From Deltaproteobacteria bacterium (lineage in GTDB: Bacteria > Desulfobacterota > Binatia > UBA12015), in NCBI GenBank assembly GCA_046583355.1, contig JAYGCM010000063.1:69103-133102 (forward strand): a stretch of DNA of 64,000 nt, written 5' to 3'. The notes beneath the pieces are model-generated. The model had not been told where the DNA came from, did no database searches, and worked only from the letters and a program-made list of their open reading frames with translations. Numbering within the stretch: position 1 is the stretch's first letter; each line of letters starts with the position of its first letter. Made by a program: the position numbers and the translations under genes. Below, piece after piece: positions 7,485-17,640 of the stretch.

Positions 7485-8390
7485 ATGATCATTCTGCGAA
7501 ATCTCATGCTCGCGCTCATGCTCGGCGGCACAAGCCTGCTGGGCGCCTGCAGCGGCAGCGACAACTCGGGCCCAACCGGCGACTTCGTGGCTCTCAGCTA
7601 CAACGTCGCGGGCTTGCCGGAGGCTCTCTCGGGCTCGCAACCGGCCACCTTCATGCCACTAATCGGGCCTCTGCTGAACGACTACGACCTGGTGCTCGTA
7701 CAGGAGAGCTGGCTTACGCCTGACCCGAACCCCTTTGCGCCGCTGCGGGTCTATCATGAAATTCTAATGGCGGCCTCCACCCAACTCTTTCAATCCGTCC
7801 CCGGCATCAACCCGCTGAACAACGACCTGCGCCGACCGGAGGCAACCCTGGGTGACGGGTTGAACCGCTTCTCACGCTTCTCCTTCGAGCCGGTGACGCG
7901 GATTGCCTGGGATGGCTGCGACAATACCTCAGCCGATTGCCTCGCCTTCAAAGGCTTCAGCTTCGCGCGCACGACGCTCGCCGATGGCGTCATTATCGAT
8001 GTCTATAATCTGCATATGGAGGCCGGAGGGTCGGCCAACGACGACGCTTTGCGCGCCGCCGGAGTCGAACAGATGCTGGCCCAATTGAATGGCGTATCGG
8101 CCGGCCGGGCCGTGATCATCGGCGGCGACTTCAACCTGCACACCGACGACGAGCCCGACTCGACCACCTATGGGCATTTGCTGGAAGCGGCGGGACTGGT
8201 CGATGTCTGCGCCGCGCTCGAATGCCCAGAGACAGGAAGAATCGACAAATTCGCTTTCCGCAGTGGCGGCGGCGTCACGCTGGAGCCCACGTCGTGGAAT
8301 TTTGAGAACGACGTCTTCGTCAGTGCCGAAGGCGAGCCCCTCTCCGACCACGACGCGCTGGCCGTGCGCTTCCGTTGGGCCACGGACTGA
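7485..8390 (+). CDS. Endonuclease/exonuclease/phosphatase-family lipoprotein (sphingomyelinase-like)
   Basis: LGAC lipobox; SYNVAG, VQE, GGDFN, IDK and SDHD motifs. Confidence 0.85.
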   Translation: MIILRNLMLALMLGGTSLLGACSGSDNSGPTGDFVALSYNVAGLPEALSGSQPATFMPLIGPLLNDYDLVLVQESWLTPDPNPFAPLRVYHEILMAASTQLFQSVPGINPLNNDLRRPEATLGDGLNRFSRFSFEPVTRIAWDGCDNTSADCLAFKGFSFARTTLADGVIIDVYNLHMEAGGSANDDALRAAGVEQMLAQLNGVSAGRAVIIGGDFNLHTDDEPDSTTYGHLLEAAGLVDVCAALECPETGRIDKFAFRSGGGVTLEPTSWNFENDVFVSAEGEPLSDHDALAVRFRWATD

Positions 8391-8408
8391 CCGGGCGGAG
8401 CGACGCGC

Positions 8409-9560
8409 ATGACAACCGATGCGAGCGCGAGCCCGGATGTCGTCGCGATTGCCGAGGGCTTCGCAGCGACGCTGCGCCGCCGGGCCACTGAGATCGAGGC
8501 GGCCGGAAGGCTGCCGCAGGATCTTGCCAGCGAGCTGGCCGCCGCGGGCCTCTACCGGCTCTGGATGCCGCTTGCCCACGGCGGGTTTGAAACGCCTCCA
8601 CCCGACGCCATGCGCGCACTTGAGGTGCTCGCCGCGGCCGACGCCTCGACGGCCTGGTGTGTCTTCATCGGCATCACCTCGACCCTGCCCTTGGCGAACC
8701 TGAGCGACGACACCATCCGTGAAATCTTCGCCAAACCCGAGACCCGGCTCTCGGGCGTCTTCGAGCCCGCCGGCCTGGCGACGCCGGTCGAAGGTGGCCT
8801 GCGCGTAAGCGGCGAATGGTCCTTTGGCTCAGGCAGCTACAACGCAGATTGGATCGGAGCCGGTGTCCGCATCGGCGACGCCGAGAATCCCTCGGCAACG
8901 TCCTATATTTTCGTGCCCGCCAGCGACGTCAAGCTTCTCGGCACCTGGGATGTCTCTGGTCTCTGTGGCACCGGCAGCACTCATTTCCGGATGGAGGATG
9001 TCTTCGTCCCCGCGCGTCGAGCCATCGGCCTGACCACGGCGACACCGCCGGATCGACCGCTCTACCGCTTCTCGATGTTCACGCTCCTGGGCATGAGCAT
9101 CGGCGCCATCGCCAACGGACTCGCGCGAGCGGCCCTGGATGAGTTTGCCCACCTCGCATCCACCAAAGCGCCGGCGGGTGGGCGCCGCCCCTTGTCGCAG
9201 CGCCCGAACGTGCAGCTAGAGATCGGCCGCGCCGAAACCCGCCTGCGGGCTGCTCGCGCGTATTTTCATCAGACCTTGCAAGCCGCTTGGCAAGCCGCGG
9301 TGAAGGGCGATCCGATCTCACGCGAGCATTGCGTCGAGATCCGCACGGCGACCTGCAACGCGGTCGATGCCGCACTCGAGATCACCCAATGCGTGCACCG
9401 GCTGGCCGGCAGCGCGGCCCTCTACCGCAGCAGCCCGTTACAGCGCTACCTGCGCGATGCGCAGGTGGTTGCCCAGCATATCATGGCTCGGCCGGTCTTC
9501 TACGAGCTTGCCGGCAGCCATTTCCTCGGCGAGGAACATCCGAGCACCGCTTTTCTCTGA
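8409..9560 (+). CDS. Acyl-CoA dehydrogenase-fold flavin monooxygenase (HsaA/HpaH-like)
   Basis: W.FGSG, WDVSGLCGTGS and LQRYLRD...QH motifs. Confidence 0.88.
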   Translation: MTTDASASPDVVAIAEGFAATLRRRATEIEAAGRLPQDLASELAAAGLYRLWMPLAHGGFETPPPDAMRALEVLAAADASTAWCVFIGITSTLPLANLSDDTIREIFAKPETRLSGVFEPAGLATPVEGGLRVSGEWSFGSGSYNADWIGAGVRIGDAENPSATSYIFVPASDVKLLGTWDVSGLCGTGSTHFRMEDVFVPARRAIGLTTATPPDRPLYRFSMFTLLGMSIGAIANGLARAALDEFAHLASTKAPAGGRRPLSQRPNVQLEIGRAETRLRAARAYFHQTLQAAWQAAVKGDPISREHCVEIRTATCNAVDAALEITQCVHRLAGSAALYRSSPLQRYLRDAQVVAQHIMARPVFYELAGSHFLGEEHPSTAFL

Positions 9561-9608
9561 GGCCTGGCCGGCGATCCACGAACGCCTCCGCCGCTGCCAG
9601 AGGACAAG

Positions 9609-10877
9609 CTATTCGGGCGTCAATGCGTCGACCGTATCGACCGCGCCGAAGGCCTGCTGGTCGGCGCCGCCGGGGACGAAAATCTGCCCGAAGAGACCAG
9701 CCGCACCCATGCCATGGCGCGGAAAGGGCATCGGCGCCAGAACCTCCCAGGTGTTGCTCACCGGGTCATAAACCTCCACATCATCGAAGACGCCGCGGCT
9801 GCCCGGAGCGGGGTTTCCCTCGCCGCCAAGCACGTAAATTCGGCCGCCGAGGACGGCCCCCGCCACGCCGCCGCGCGGGGTCGGAATATCGGCTCGCAGC
9901 GCCCATTCTCCGCTCGCCGTATCGTAGGCATGCACAGCAGCCGAAACCCCCGTGATGCCACCGTCGCGCCCGCCCAGCAGGTAGAGAACACCGTCCACCG
10001 CACCGACCGCTGCATGCTCCAGGGCGCTCGGCACATCAGTGAGAATCTCCCAACTATCTGCTGCAGGGTCGTAGACCGAGAAGTCCGCCTGCGTGCCATT
10101 GCGCAACCCGCCGGCCACATAAATGCGGCCGCCGATCGCCGCGACGGCCGAAGCACCGCGCTGCGTGCCGGCCGGCATCGAGCTTTTCTCCGTCCACGTG
10201 TCTTCACCCGGATCGTATTCAAAAACACGCCCATCGGCCGCGAAGCCGACCGCGCGCAGAAATCCTGTCACATAAATTTTACCTGCTACCGCCGCGACGT
10301 TGGCATGGTGCATCGGTACCGGCAGCGGCGCAATATCCGAGCGCCATGAGCCACGCAGCGGGTCGTAGGCCGCAACGCTATCGAGGACCTGGCCGCTCCC
10401 GCTGAACCCGCCGAATATCCAGATCTCCCCTGCGAAGGCGAGCGTGGGGTGTTCCTGACGCGCGCCTCCCGCCAGCGGGGCCAGGGTCTGCCAGCCGGCC
10501 ACGAGTCGCGGCAGGAAGAATGCCTCGGGGAGCGCCACCTCGGCAATGAAGCTGAACTGCTCAGGCGCGCACGGCGCCTGCGCGCAGCGGTCGGCACCGA
10601 AGCAGGAAAACATCAGCTCGCCGCCCTCGCCTTCGGGCGGCGCGCCGGTCTCTTCGCACCAGACAAACGCCGGCGGGTCGCCGCCGGGCCGGAAGACATT
10701 GCCGGTGACCGTGCCATCCGGGTTGCGCGAGATCGCCCAACGCTCGCCACCGACGTCCTTGCTGATCAGTGTCCGCCGGCCATCGGGCGTAAGCTGCAAC
10801 CCGGAACCTTGCGCAAACGCTGTCGCGCATAAAAAAAAGGAAGCCAGGACCCCAGCTGCGAGCACACGTATCTGCAT
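9609..10877 (-). CDS. Secreted Kelch-repeat protein with a Cys-containing N-terminal domain
   Basis: Signal peptide (ATAFA/Q); six Kelch-like units with GG doublets and YDP...W. Confidence 0.88.
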   Translation of the reverse strand: MQIRVLAAGVLASFFLCATAFAQGSGLQLTPDGRRTLISKDVGGERWAISRNPDGTVTGNVFRPGGDPPAFVWCEETGAPPEGEGGELMFSCFGADRCAQAPCAPEQFSFIAEVALPEAFFLPRLVAGWQTLAPLAGGARQEHPTLAFAGEIWIFGGFSGSGQVLDSVAAYDPLRGSWRSDIAPLPVPMHHANVAAVAGKIYVTGFLRAVGFAADGRVFEYDPGEDTWTEKSSMPAGTQRGASAVAAIGGRIYVAGGLRNGTQADFSVYDPAADSWEILTDVPSALEHAAVGAVDGVLYLLGGRDGGITGVSAAVHAYDTASGEWALRADIPTPRGGVAGAVLGGRIYVLGGEGNPAPGSRGVFDDVEVYDPVSNTWEVLAPMPFPRHGMGAAGLFGQIFVPGGADQQAFGAVDTVDALTPE

Positions 10878-11005
10878 GCCCGCATCATGGTCTGCCCAGG
10901 CCAAGGCGGCAAGCGGCAATCGCTTTGCCGGGTGAAGAATGCGATGAAAAAGAGCGCTTCGTAGCCAGGCATCCGGCGCCGGCCGCAGAGCCGAGGTGAG
11001 AAATC

Positions 11006-11413
11006 ATGCAAGTAGAGACGCTCGATCATATCCATATCTACAGTGCTCATCCCGAGGAATCCGCGCTCTTCTACCGCGAACGATTCAATGCGATCGAGAT
11101 CGTGCGCAACGAGAATATCCACAAACAAACGCGCATCTTCCTGGCTCTCGCCGGCCAGGTGGTGGTGATCGGACCCTTTCCACCCGATATCGAGCCCGCC
11201 AGGCCGGGTGCGGCCGGTGATGGGGCCTACCGGCACGGCTTCGGCGTGGCGCATTTCGGTCTGCGCGTGGCCGACGTCGTCGCGGCGACCGAAGAGCTAC
11301 GCGAGGCGGGCGTAAAGATCCTCGGCGAACCGGTGCTCGAGCCGGGGGGCCTGTCCTATTCCTATATCGAGGCGCCCGACGGAGTCGTCCTGGAGCTCAC
11401 ACAATACGCGTAA
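11006..11413 (+). CDS. VOC/glyoxalase family protein
   Basis: DHIHI, HFGLRV and PDGVVLEL motifs. Confidence 0.88.
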   Translation: MQVETLDHIHIYSAHPEESALFYRERFNAIEIVRNENIHKQTRIFLALAGQVVVIGPFPPDIEPARPGAAGDGAYRHGFGVAHFGLRVADVVAATEELREAGVKILGEPVLEPGGLSYSYIEAPDGVVLELTQYA

Positions 11414-11481
11414 ATTCGGGCCGATCCATCCCGCCAGTCGATTTCGCTTGCAGCCGTCGCGCACAGGCGGGAAGAAGAGGA

Positions 11482-12051
11482 ATGGACGATAATGGCTTTG
11501 ATCACGAGAAGATCCCCCTGCTTCGACCGCCAGCTGATATCGCTCGGCGCAAAAGCTCGGGCGTGGCCATGCTCTGCCTGCTGGCAGGCCTGCTACTGAG
11601 CGCGGCATCGGCATTGCCGGCGCTCGCCGCTGCAACGGACCAGGGCCGAACCTTCACCGCGACCGAAAACACAGCGCTTCACGCTGCCAAATACATCTAT
11701 ATCGCCAGCACGCGAAAAGATGGCTCGCTCAGCAAGCCGGCCGAAATCTGGTTTCGCAACCATGACGGCGCCGTCTATGTCGGCACCAGCCCCGAGAGCT
11801 GGCGAGCGCGGCGTATCGGTTGGGGCCGACCGCAAGCAAAAATATGGATTGGCAGCCGCGAGGGCCCGAGCTTCGAAGCCCGCGGGACAATTGTGCGTGA
11901 ACCCGACCAGGTCACGCCCTTCTGCGACGCGATCGCGAAGAAATACCCCGACTCCTGGCCGAAATACGAGAAACGCTTTCGCGAAGGCCTGAAAGACGGC
12001 CAACGCGTCATGATCCGCTACACACCCATGCGGGCAACCCCCAAGCCCTGA
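11482..12051 (+). CDS. Pyridoxamine-phosphate-oxidase-like split-barrel protein with signal-like segment (alternative start 11569)
   Basis: IYIASTRKDGS...EIWF...WRARRI pattern. Confidence 0.65.
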   Translation: MDDNGFDHEKIPLLRPPADIARRKSSGVAMLCLLAGLLLSAASALPALAAATDQGRTFTATENTALHAAKYIYIASTRKDGSLSKPAEIWFRNHDGAVYVGTSPESWRARRIGWGRPQAKIWIGSREGPSFEARGTIVREPDQVTPFCDAIAKKYPDSWPKYEKRFREGLKDGQRVMIRYTPMRATPKP

Positions 12052-12115
12052 TCAGCAGGGGGCTACCGGATCACGGCATCGATCGGCCCGACGACCACGA
12101 TCGCGGCGTCGGCCA

Positions 12116-12961
12116 TCAATCCGGCTTGGCAACGCAGCGGTTGATGAGCGTGCCGATCCCCTCGATGGTGGTCTCGATGACGTCCCCCGGCTGGAGGAAG
12201 CGGCCCTTCATGAAGCCCGCGCCCGCCGGTGTCCCGGTGAAGATCATGTCACCCGGCTCGAGCGTGCAGATGCCCGAGATGTAGGCAACGAGCTCCGGAA
12301 TGGTGAAAATCAGATCGCTCGTGCGCGCGTCCTGCTGGCGCTCGCCGTTCACATCACAGGTGATGGCGAGGTCGCTCGGGTCAGCAAATTGATCGAGCGA
12401 TACGATACACGGGCCGATCGGGCCGTAGGTATCGAAGGATTTGGCGAGGTCGAAATGCGGCGGCTTGCTCGCAAATTGGGTGGTGCGCTCGGAGACATCC
12501 TGCCCGCAGGTGAAGCCGGCGATATGCTCCCAGGCGTCTTCGGCGGTGATGTCGCGCGCTCGCGTGCCCATGACGAGCACCAATTCTGCCTCCCAATCGG
12601 TCGTCGGACCGTAAATGATCACGTCGGCCGTCGGGCCTGTGATGCAATTCGAGAATTTGGCGAAGACCAGCGGGTTGGGCGGCACCTCCATGCCGCTCTC
12701 CTCCGCGTGCGCACGATAATTCAGGCCAACCGCGAAGACCTTGCGCGGCAGTGGTACGCAGGCGCTGAGTGCGGCGACGTCCAGCGGCGCATCCGGAACG
12801 GCGCCGAGACCGGCCGCCACCTCATGCAATTCCGTAAAGCGCGCAATCGCGGCCATTGGGTCGGCCGAGAAGCCTCCCCCACTATGCCGCTTCAGATCGT
12901 AGACCCCGTCATTCGCGACCAATACGGCACGCTCGTTCATCACAGCAAGGCGATAAGCCAT
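12116..12961 (-). CDS. Fumarylacetoacetate hydrolase family protein
   Basis: VGLNYRAH, DWEAEL, DVSER, KSFDT and IFTGTPAG motifs. Confidence 0.93.
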   Translation of the reverse strand: MAYRLAVMNERAVLVANDGVYDLKRHSGGGFSADPMAAIARFTELHEVAAGLGAVPDAPLDVAALSACVPLPRKVFAVGLNYRAHAEESGMEVPPNPLVFAKFSNCITGPTADVIIYGPTTDWEAELVLVMGTRARDITAEDAWEHIAGFTCGQDVSERTTQFASKPPHFDLAKSFDTYGPIGPCIVSLDQFADPSDLAITCDVNGERQQDARTSDLIFTIPELVAYISGICTLEPGDMIFTGTPAGAGFMKGRFLQPGDVIETTIEGIGTLINRCVAKPD

Positions 12962-12999
12962 TTCATCTCTCCCTTTTCATATCATGCGGCGGCAACGGC

Positions 13000-13938
13000 T
13001 CAGCCCGCGGCGCCGCAGCGGTGCTGCTTGACCGCGGCGATCATCGCGTAGACCGACTCAAGGTCAACCGGCTCGTCCCACGCGCCACCGCGCAGCTCGC
13101 GGTAGGCCCGGTGTACATTGAACGCAATGCGCTCGGGCTCGGTCCAGCCCGCATAGGGGCCAGGGTCAATCTGCTTGGCGGCCTCCAATTCGGAGAGCCC
13201 CTTGGCAAAACAGCGCTCGGATTCCTGGCGGATGAACTCGAGATATTCCTTCATCTCGCGCGGCCCTTCCTGACCACAGATGGGGCCGTGGCCGGGTACG
13301 ATCACCTCGGGGTCGAGCTCATTGATCCGGTCCAATGCCCGCGTCCATCCGGCAAAGGTACCCTCCCAGCCGATCGGTGTGCAGAGACGAAAGAGGACAT
13401 CGCCGGCGAAGACCACGCGCTGCTCGGGAAGATGTACCAGAAGGTCGCCGGTCGTATGCGCCGGGCCGACATGGATCAGCTCGACGCGCAGGCCGTCGAG
13501 TTCAATCTCCATCGAATCATCCACCAGGGTGGTCGGCGGCGTGACCTTCACGCCGCGGAAATCGAACTCCGCAAGCAGCTCGGCGAAGGCGGCAAAGGGA
13601 CCCTCCGTTACAGCACCGTCACGCAGGGCCTGCATCTGTGCCGGATCTTCCTTGGCAGCATCGTCGACGAAGCTGCGGTGGCCGATGATCTCGGCGGACG
13701 CGAAGAGTTGGTTGCCCCAGAAATGATCGCCATTGCGGTGCGTGTTGACGACGCGAGCGGCCGGCGCGACCCAGACCTGCGCATAGAGATCGATCATCGC
13801 GCGCGTATGGGGCAGATCCCAGAAAGTATCGACCACCAGGCCGCCGCCACGGTTCACCAAGCCAGAGTTACTCTTGCCCAGGCCGGTATCTTCCTGCAAG
13901 CAAGCAAAAACATCATTGCCGAGTTCGACGAGTTCCAT
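13000..13938 (-). CDS. MBL-fold metallohydrolase (cyclase-like)
   Basis: NTHRNGDH, AHTTGD, GD and PGHG motifs. Confidence 0.9.
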   Translation of the reverse strand: MELVELGNDVFACLQEDTGLGKSNSGLVNRGGGLVVDTFWDLPHTRAMIDLYAQVWVAPAARVVNTHRNGDHFWGNQLFASAEIIGHRSFVDDAAKEDPAQMQALRDGAVTEGPFAAFAELLAEFDFRGVKVTPPTTLVDDSMEIELDGLRVELIHVGPAHTTGDLLVHLPEQRVVFAGDVLFRLCTPIGWEGTFAGWTRALDRINELDPEVIVPGHGPICGQEGPREMKEYLEFIRQESERCFAKGLSELEAAKQIDPGPYAGWTEPERIAFNVHRAYRELRGGAWDEPVDLESVYAMIAAVKQHRCGAAG

Positions 13939-13944
13939 AATCCC

Positions 13945-16900
13945 TTATCCTATACGGCGTTCTTCGATGGCGGAGTAGAGAACCGGCACGACGAAGACAG
14001 TGATGATTACGAGCACCATGCCGCCGAACGACGGGATCGCCATGGGGACCATTACGTCGGCGCCACGGCCGGTGGAGGTGAGCACGGGAACCAGCGCAAG
14101 AATCGTGGTCGCCGAGGTCATCAGGCAAGGGCGGATGCGGCGCAGACTTGCCTTGACCGTCGCGTCGCGGATCGCGGCGATGGTGCGCGGCTGGTCAGCA
14201 GCGAAGGTCTGGCGCAGATAGGTCGCCAGGATGACGCCGTTATCCGAGGCGATGCCGAAGAGGGCGAGGAAGCCCACCCAGACAGCGACGCTGAGGTTAT
14301 AGGGTGCGACAGCAAAGAGTTCGCGCAGGTTCACGCCCAAAAGCGAGAAGTCGAGGAACCAACTCTGGCCATAGAGCCAGAGCATCAGGAAGCCGCCCGA
14401 CCAGGCCACCAGGATGCCGGAGAAGACCAGCAGTGTCGTCGATATTTGTTTGAACTGAAAGTAGAGAATCAGAAAAATGACGAAAAGAGCCAGCGGCAGA
14501 ATCAGGGCGAGAGTCTTCTGGGCACGGATCTGGTTCTCATAGCTACCGGCGAAGGTGAAGCTCACGCCGGGCGGGATCTCGAATTCGCCGCTCGCGATTT
14601 TCGCGTTCAAGAAGGCCTGCGCCTCTTCCACCACGTCGACCTCCGCGCTATCCGCCACCTTGTCGAACACAACATAGGCAACCAGGAAGGTATCTTCGCT
14701 TTTGATGACCTGCGGGCCCGCCAGGTAGCGAATTTTTGCCAGCTGCTCGAGCGGGATCTGCCCGCCCGAAGACGAGGGGACCAAAATGCGCCCGAGCGAA
14801 TCGACTCGGTCGCGTAACTCACGTTGGTAACGCACGCGCACGGGGTAGCGCTCGCGCCCTTCCACCGTCGTGGTCAGTCGCTTGCCGCCAATGGCGACCT
14901 CAATGACATCCTGCACCTTGTTGAGATGCACGCCATAGCGGGCGATGGCCGCTCGGTCGATTTCGATTTCGAGGTAAGGTTTGCCGACGATACGATCCGC
15001 GATAACCGTGCCAGCCTGGATTCCCGGGACCTGTTTCAACAGGCGCTCGACCTCCAGCCCGACCCGGTCGAGTGTTTCGAGATCCGGGCCTTTGATCTTG
15101 ACGCCCATGGGGGCACGCATACCACTCTGCAACATGACGATTCGCGCCGCGATCGGCTGCAACTTCGGCGCGTTGGTCGTGCCAGGAATCCTGGTCACGC
15201 GCGCAATCTCATCCCAGATATCGTCCGGGCTCCGCACTTCGTCGCGCCATTGCCGGAAAGGCCGACCGTCGTCGTCGGGGATCAGCTCGCCATCTGCCGT
15301 ACGCGCGAATTCCCCGCGCGCGTCGTCGAAACGGAAAGGGAGACGGTAGCCATCCCGGTCGCTGATGTACTCCGTTTTGTAGTTGATGATGGTCTCGAAC
15401 ATCGAGATCGGCGCCGGGTCGAGCGGGCTCTCTGCGCGACCAAGCTTGCCGACCGCCGTCTCGATCTCGGGAATCGCGTTCAGCGCCATGACCTGGCGCT
15501 GGAGAATATCCATCGCCTCGCCGATCGAGGCATGCGGCATCGTGGACGGCATATGGAGGAACGAGCCTTCGTCGAGGGGTTGCATGAACTCACGGCCCAG
15601 CCCCGGAAAGGTCCGCTCGACGGCCGCGTATACACGCGAGGTCCGGACCAACTCGGGCACGAAGAAAAAGACCTGGGCAAAGCCGAGCCACACCATCAGC
15701 CCGGCCGCCGTGATAGCCGACGCAAAGGAGAGGAATGCCCCCTTATGCACCAGGCAAAACCGCAGCAGCGGCTCGTAGAAATACTGGAAGATCAGCAACC
15801 CACCCAACACGGACCCGATCAGCAGAACGACAAATAGATAATTACGTACCGCCCCGAACTCCGGGCCAAGCGGCACCCAATGGCTCGAGAGTACGGCCGA
15901 TACCGCCAGCACCGCGATGCCATTGACGACCGCGCGCAACCAGCTCCGCCGCCGGGACACGCCACCGATGCGGGTGAAGAGAAGATGCGCGAAGGCGGGG
16001 ATCACCGTCAGGGCAACGATGATCGAAGCCACCAGAGCGAAGGTTTTGGTGAAGGCCAGTGGCGTGAAGAGCTTCCCCTCGGCGCCTTGCATGGTGAAGA
16101 CCGGCAGGAAGCTCACCACCGTCGTCGCCACGGCCGTGAGCACCGCACTGCCGACCTCAGTGGTGGCCTTGTAGACCGCTTCGAGGCGGTCCTCACCGGG
16201 GCGCAACCGCTCAAGGTGGCGCAGAATATTTTCACAGATCACAATGCCGACATCGACCATCGTGCCGATCGCAATGGCGATACCCGAGAGCGCGACGATA
16301 TTGGCGTCGACCCCGGCGTAGCGCATGGCAATGAAGGTCATGAGAATCGCCAGCGGCAAAAGCCCCGCGATCAATAGCGAGCTCTGCAGATGGAAGACCA
16401 TCACGGCCACCACGATGATCGTGACCAGCACCTCCTCGGTGAGCGCCCGGCGCAAAGTGCCGAGGGTCTCGTAGATCAAACCCGAGCGGTCGTAGAAGGG
16501 AACCACTGTGACCTGCGAGACCCTCCCGTCAGCGAGTGTCTTCTTCGGCAGGCCCGGAGCGATCTCCTCGATTTTCGCCTTGATATTCTGGATGACCGCG
16601 AGCGGATTGTCGCCGAAACGCGCCACCACCACGCCGCCCACCGCCTCGGCGCCTCCCTTGTTGAGCGCGCCGCGGCGCAGCGCCGGGCCCGTCGTCACCA
16701 CGGCTACGTCCTTTACGTAGACCGGGACGTTCTCGTTCGATTTGATGACCGAGTTCTCAATATCTTCGAGGCTACGAATGAAGCCGCGGCCGCGAATGAA
16801 ATACTCGACGCCATTGATCTCGAGGTTGCGTGCGCCCACATCGAGGTTTGCCATGCGCACGGCGTCGGCAACCTCGGCAATGCTCACACCGAAGGCCCGC

Positions 16901-17568
16901 ATCGCATCGGGGTCCACATCGACCTGGTACTCACGGACAAAGCCGCCAACGCTGCCGACCTCGCTCACGCCCGAAGCCGAGAGCAAGGCGTAGCGAACAT
17001 GCCAATCCTGCACGCTGCGCAGCTCGTCCAGATCCCAGCCGGGCGCGGGCCTGCCCTGGGCATCACGGCCCTCAAGCGTGTACCAGAAGACCTGACCAAG
17101 CGAGGTCGCATCCGGCCCCAGCGCCGGGCGAACGTCTTCGGGCATCGTGCCCGCAGGAAGACTCGCCAGCTTCTCCAGCACGCGAGAACGCGACCAATAG
17201 AAGTCGATATCTTCGTTGAAGATGATGTAGATCGAAGAAAATCCGAAGAACGAATAACTACGGATAGTACGCACGCCCGGTACGCCGAGCAGCGACACCG
17301 TTAGCGGGTAGGTGATCTGGTCTTCCACATCCTGCGGCGACCGGCCCATCCATTGGGTAAAAACGATTTGCTGGTTTTCGCCGATATCGGGGATCGCATC
17401 GATCGGCACAGGGCTGCGCGGCAACCCGCCGACCTGCCAATCGAAGGGCGCGACGAGCGTGCCCCAAACCATGACGAACACGGTCGCGAGCACGACAACG
17501 AGCTTGTTCTCCAAAGAGAAGCGGACAATCCGCCCGAGCAGGGACGGCGGCGGCGTGCTCTCGCTCAT
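13945..17568 (-). CDS. cusA: CusA/CzcA-family heavy-metal RND efflux permease
   Basis: DAIPDIGENQQIVFT, VEDQITYPL, LDEGSFLHMP and RIRPCLMT motifs. Confidence 0.93.
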   Translation of the reverse strand: MSESTPPPSLLGRIVRFSLENKLVVVLATVFVMVWGTLVAPFDWQVGGLPRSPVPIDAIPDIGENQQIVFTQWMGRSPQDVEDQITYPLTVSLLGVPGVRTIRSYSFFGFSSIYIIFNEDIDFYWSRSRVLEKLASLPAGTMPEDVRPALGPDATSLGQVFWYTLEGRDAQGRPAPGWDLDELRSVQDWHVRYALLSASGVSEVGSVGGFVREYQVDVDPDAMRAFGVSIAEVADAVRMANLDVGARNLEINGVEYFIRGRGFIRSLEDIENSVIKSNENVPVYVKDVAVVTTGPALRRGALNKGGAEAVGGVVVARFGDNPLAVIQNIKAKIEEIAPGLPKKTLADGRVSQVTVVPFYDRSGLIYETLGTLRRALTEEVLVTIIVVAVMVFHLQSSLLIAGLLPLAILMTFIAMRYAGVDANIVALSGIAIAIGTMVDVGIVICENILRHLERLRPGEDRLEAVYKATTEVGSAVLTAVATTVVSFLPVFTMQGAEGKLFTPLAFTKTFALVASIIVALTVIPAFAHLLFTRIGGVSRRRSWLRAVVNGIAVLAVSAVLSSHWVPLGPEFGAVRNYLFVVLLIGSVLGGLLIFQYFYEPLLRFCLVHKGAFLSFASAITAAGLMVWLGFAQVFFFVPELVRTSRVYAAVERTFPGLGREFMQPLDEGSFLHMPSTMPHASIGEAMDILQRQVMALNAIPEIETAVGKLGRAESPLDPAPISMFETIINYKTEYISDRDGYRLPFRFDDARGEFARTADGELIPDDDGRPFRQWRDEVRSPDDIWDEIARVTRIPGTTNAPKLQPIAARIVMLQSGMRAPMGVKIKGPDLETLDRVGLEVERLLKQVPGIQAGTVIADRIVGKPYLEIEIDRAAIARYGVHLNKVQDVIEVAIGGKRLTTTVEGRERYPVRVRYQRELRDRVDSLGRILVPSSSGGQIPLEQLAKIRYLAGPQVIKSEDTFLVAYVVFDKVADSAEVDVVEEAQAFLNAKIASGEFEIPPGVSFTFAGSYENQIRAQKTLALILPLALFVIFLILYFQFKQISTTLLVFSGILVAWSGGFLMLWLYGQSWFLDFSLLGVNLRELFAVAPYNLSVAVWVGFLALFGIASDNGVILATYLRQTFAADQPRTIAAIRDATVKASLRRIRPCLMTSATTILALVPVLTSTGRGADVMVPMAIPSFGGMVLVIITVFVVPVLYSAIEERRIG

Positions 17569-17640
17569 GCCGAGAGGCTCCTGGCATCCACGACCCGCCG
17601 CACGCGGCATGCCCTCGGTCGCCGCGCGAGCCTATGCGAC

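Noticed and set aside
12856..14817. 653-aa + strand ORF and similar long shadow ORFs (e.g. 30255-31574, 19416-20699, 35340-36629, 62378-63457)
   Set aside because: Antisense to well-supported genes with no family motifs; expected in high-GC DNA
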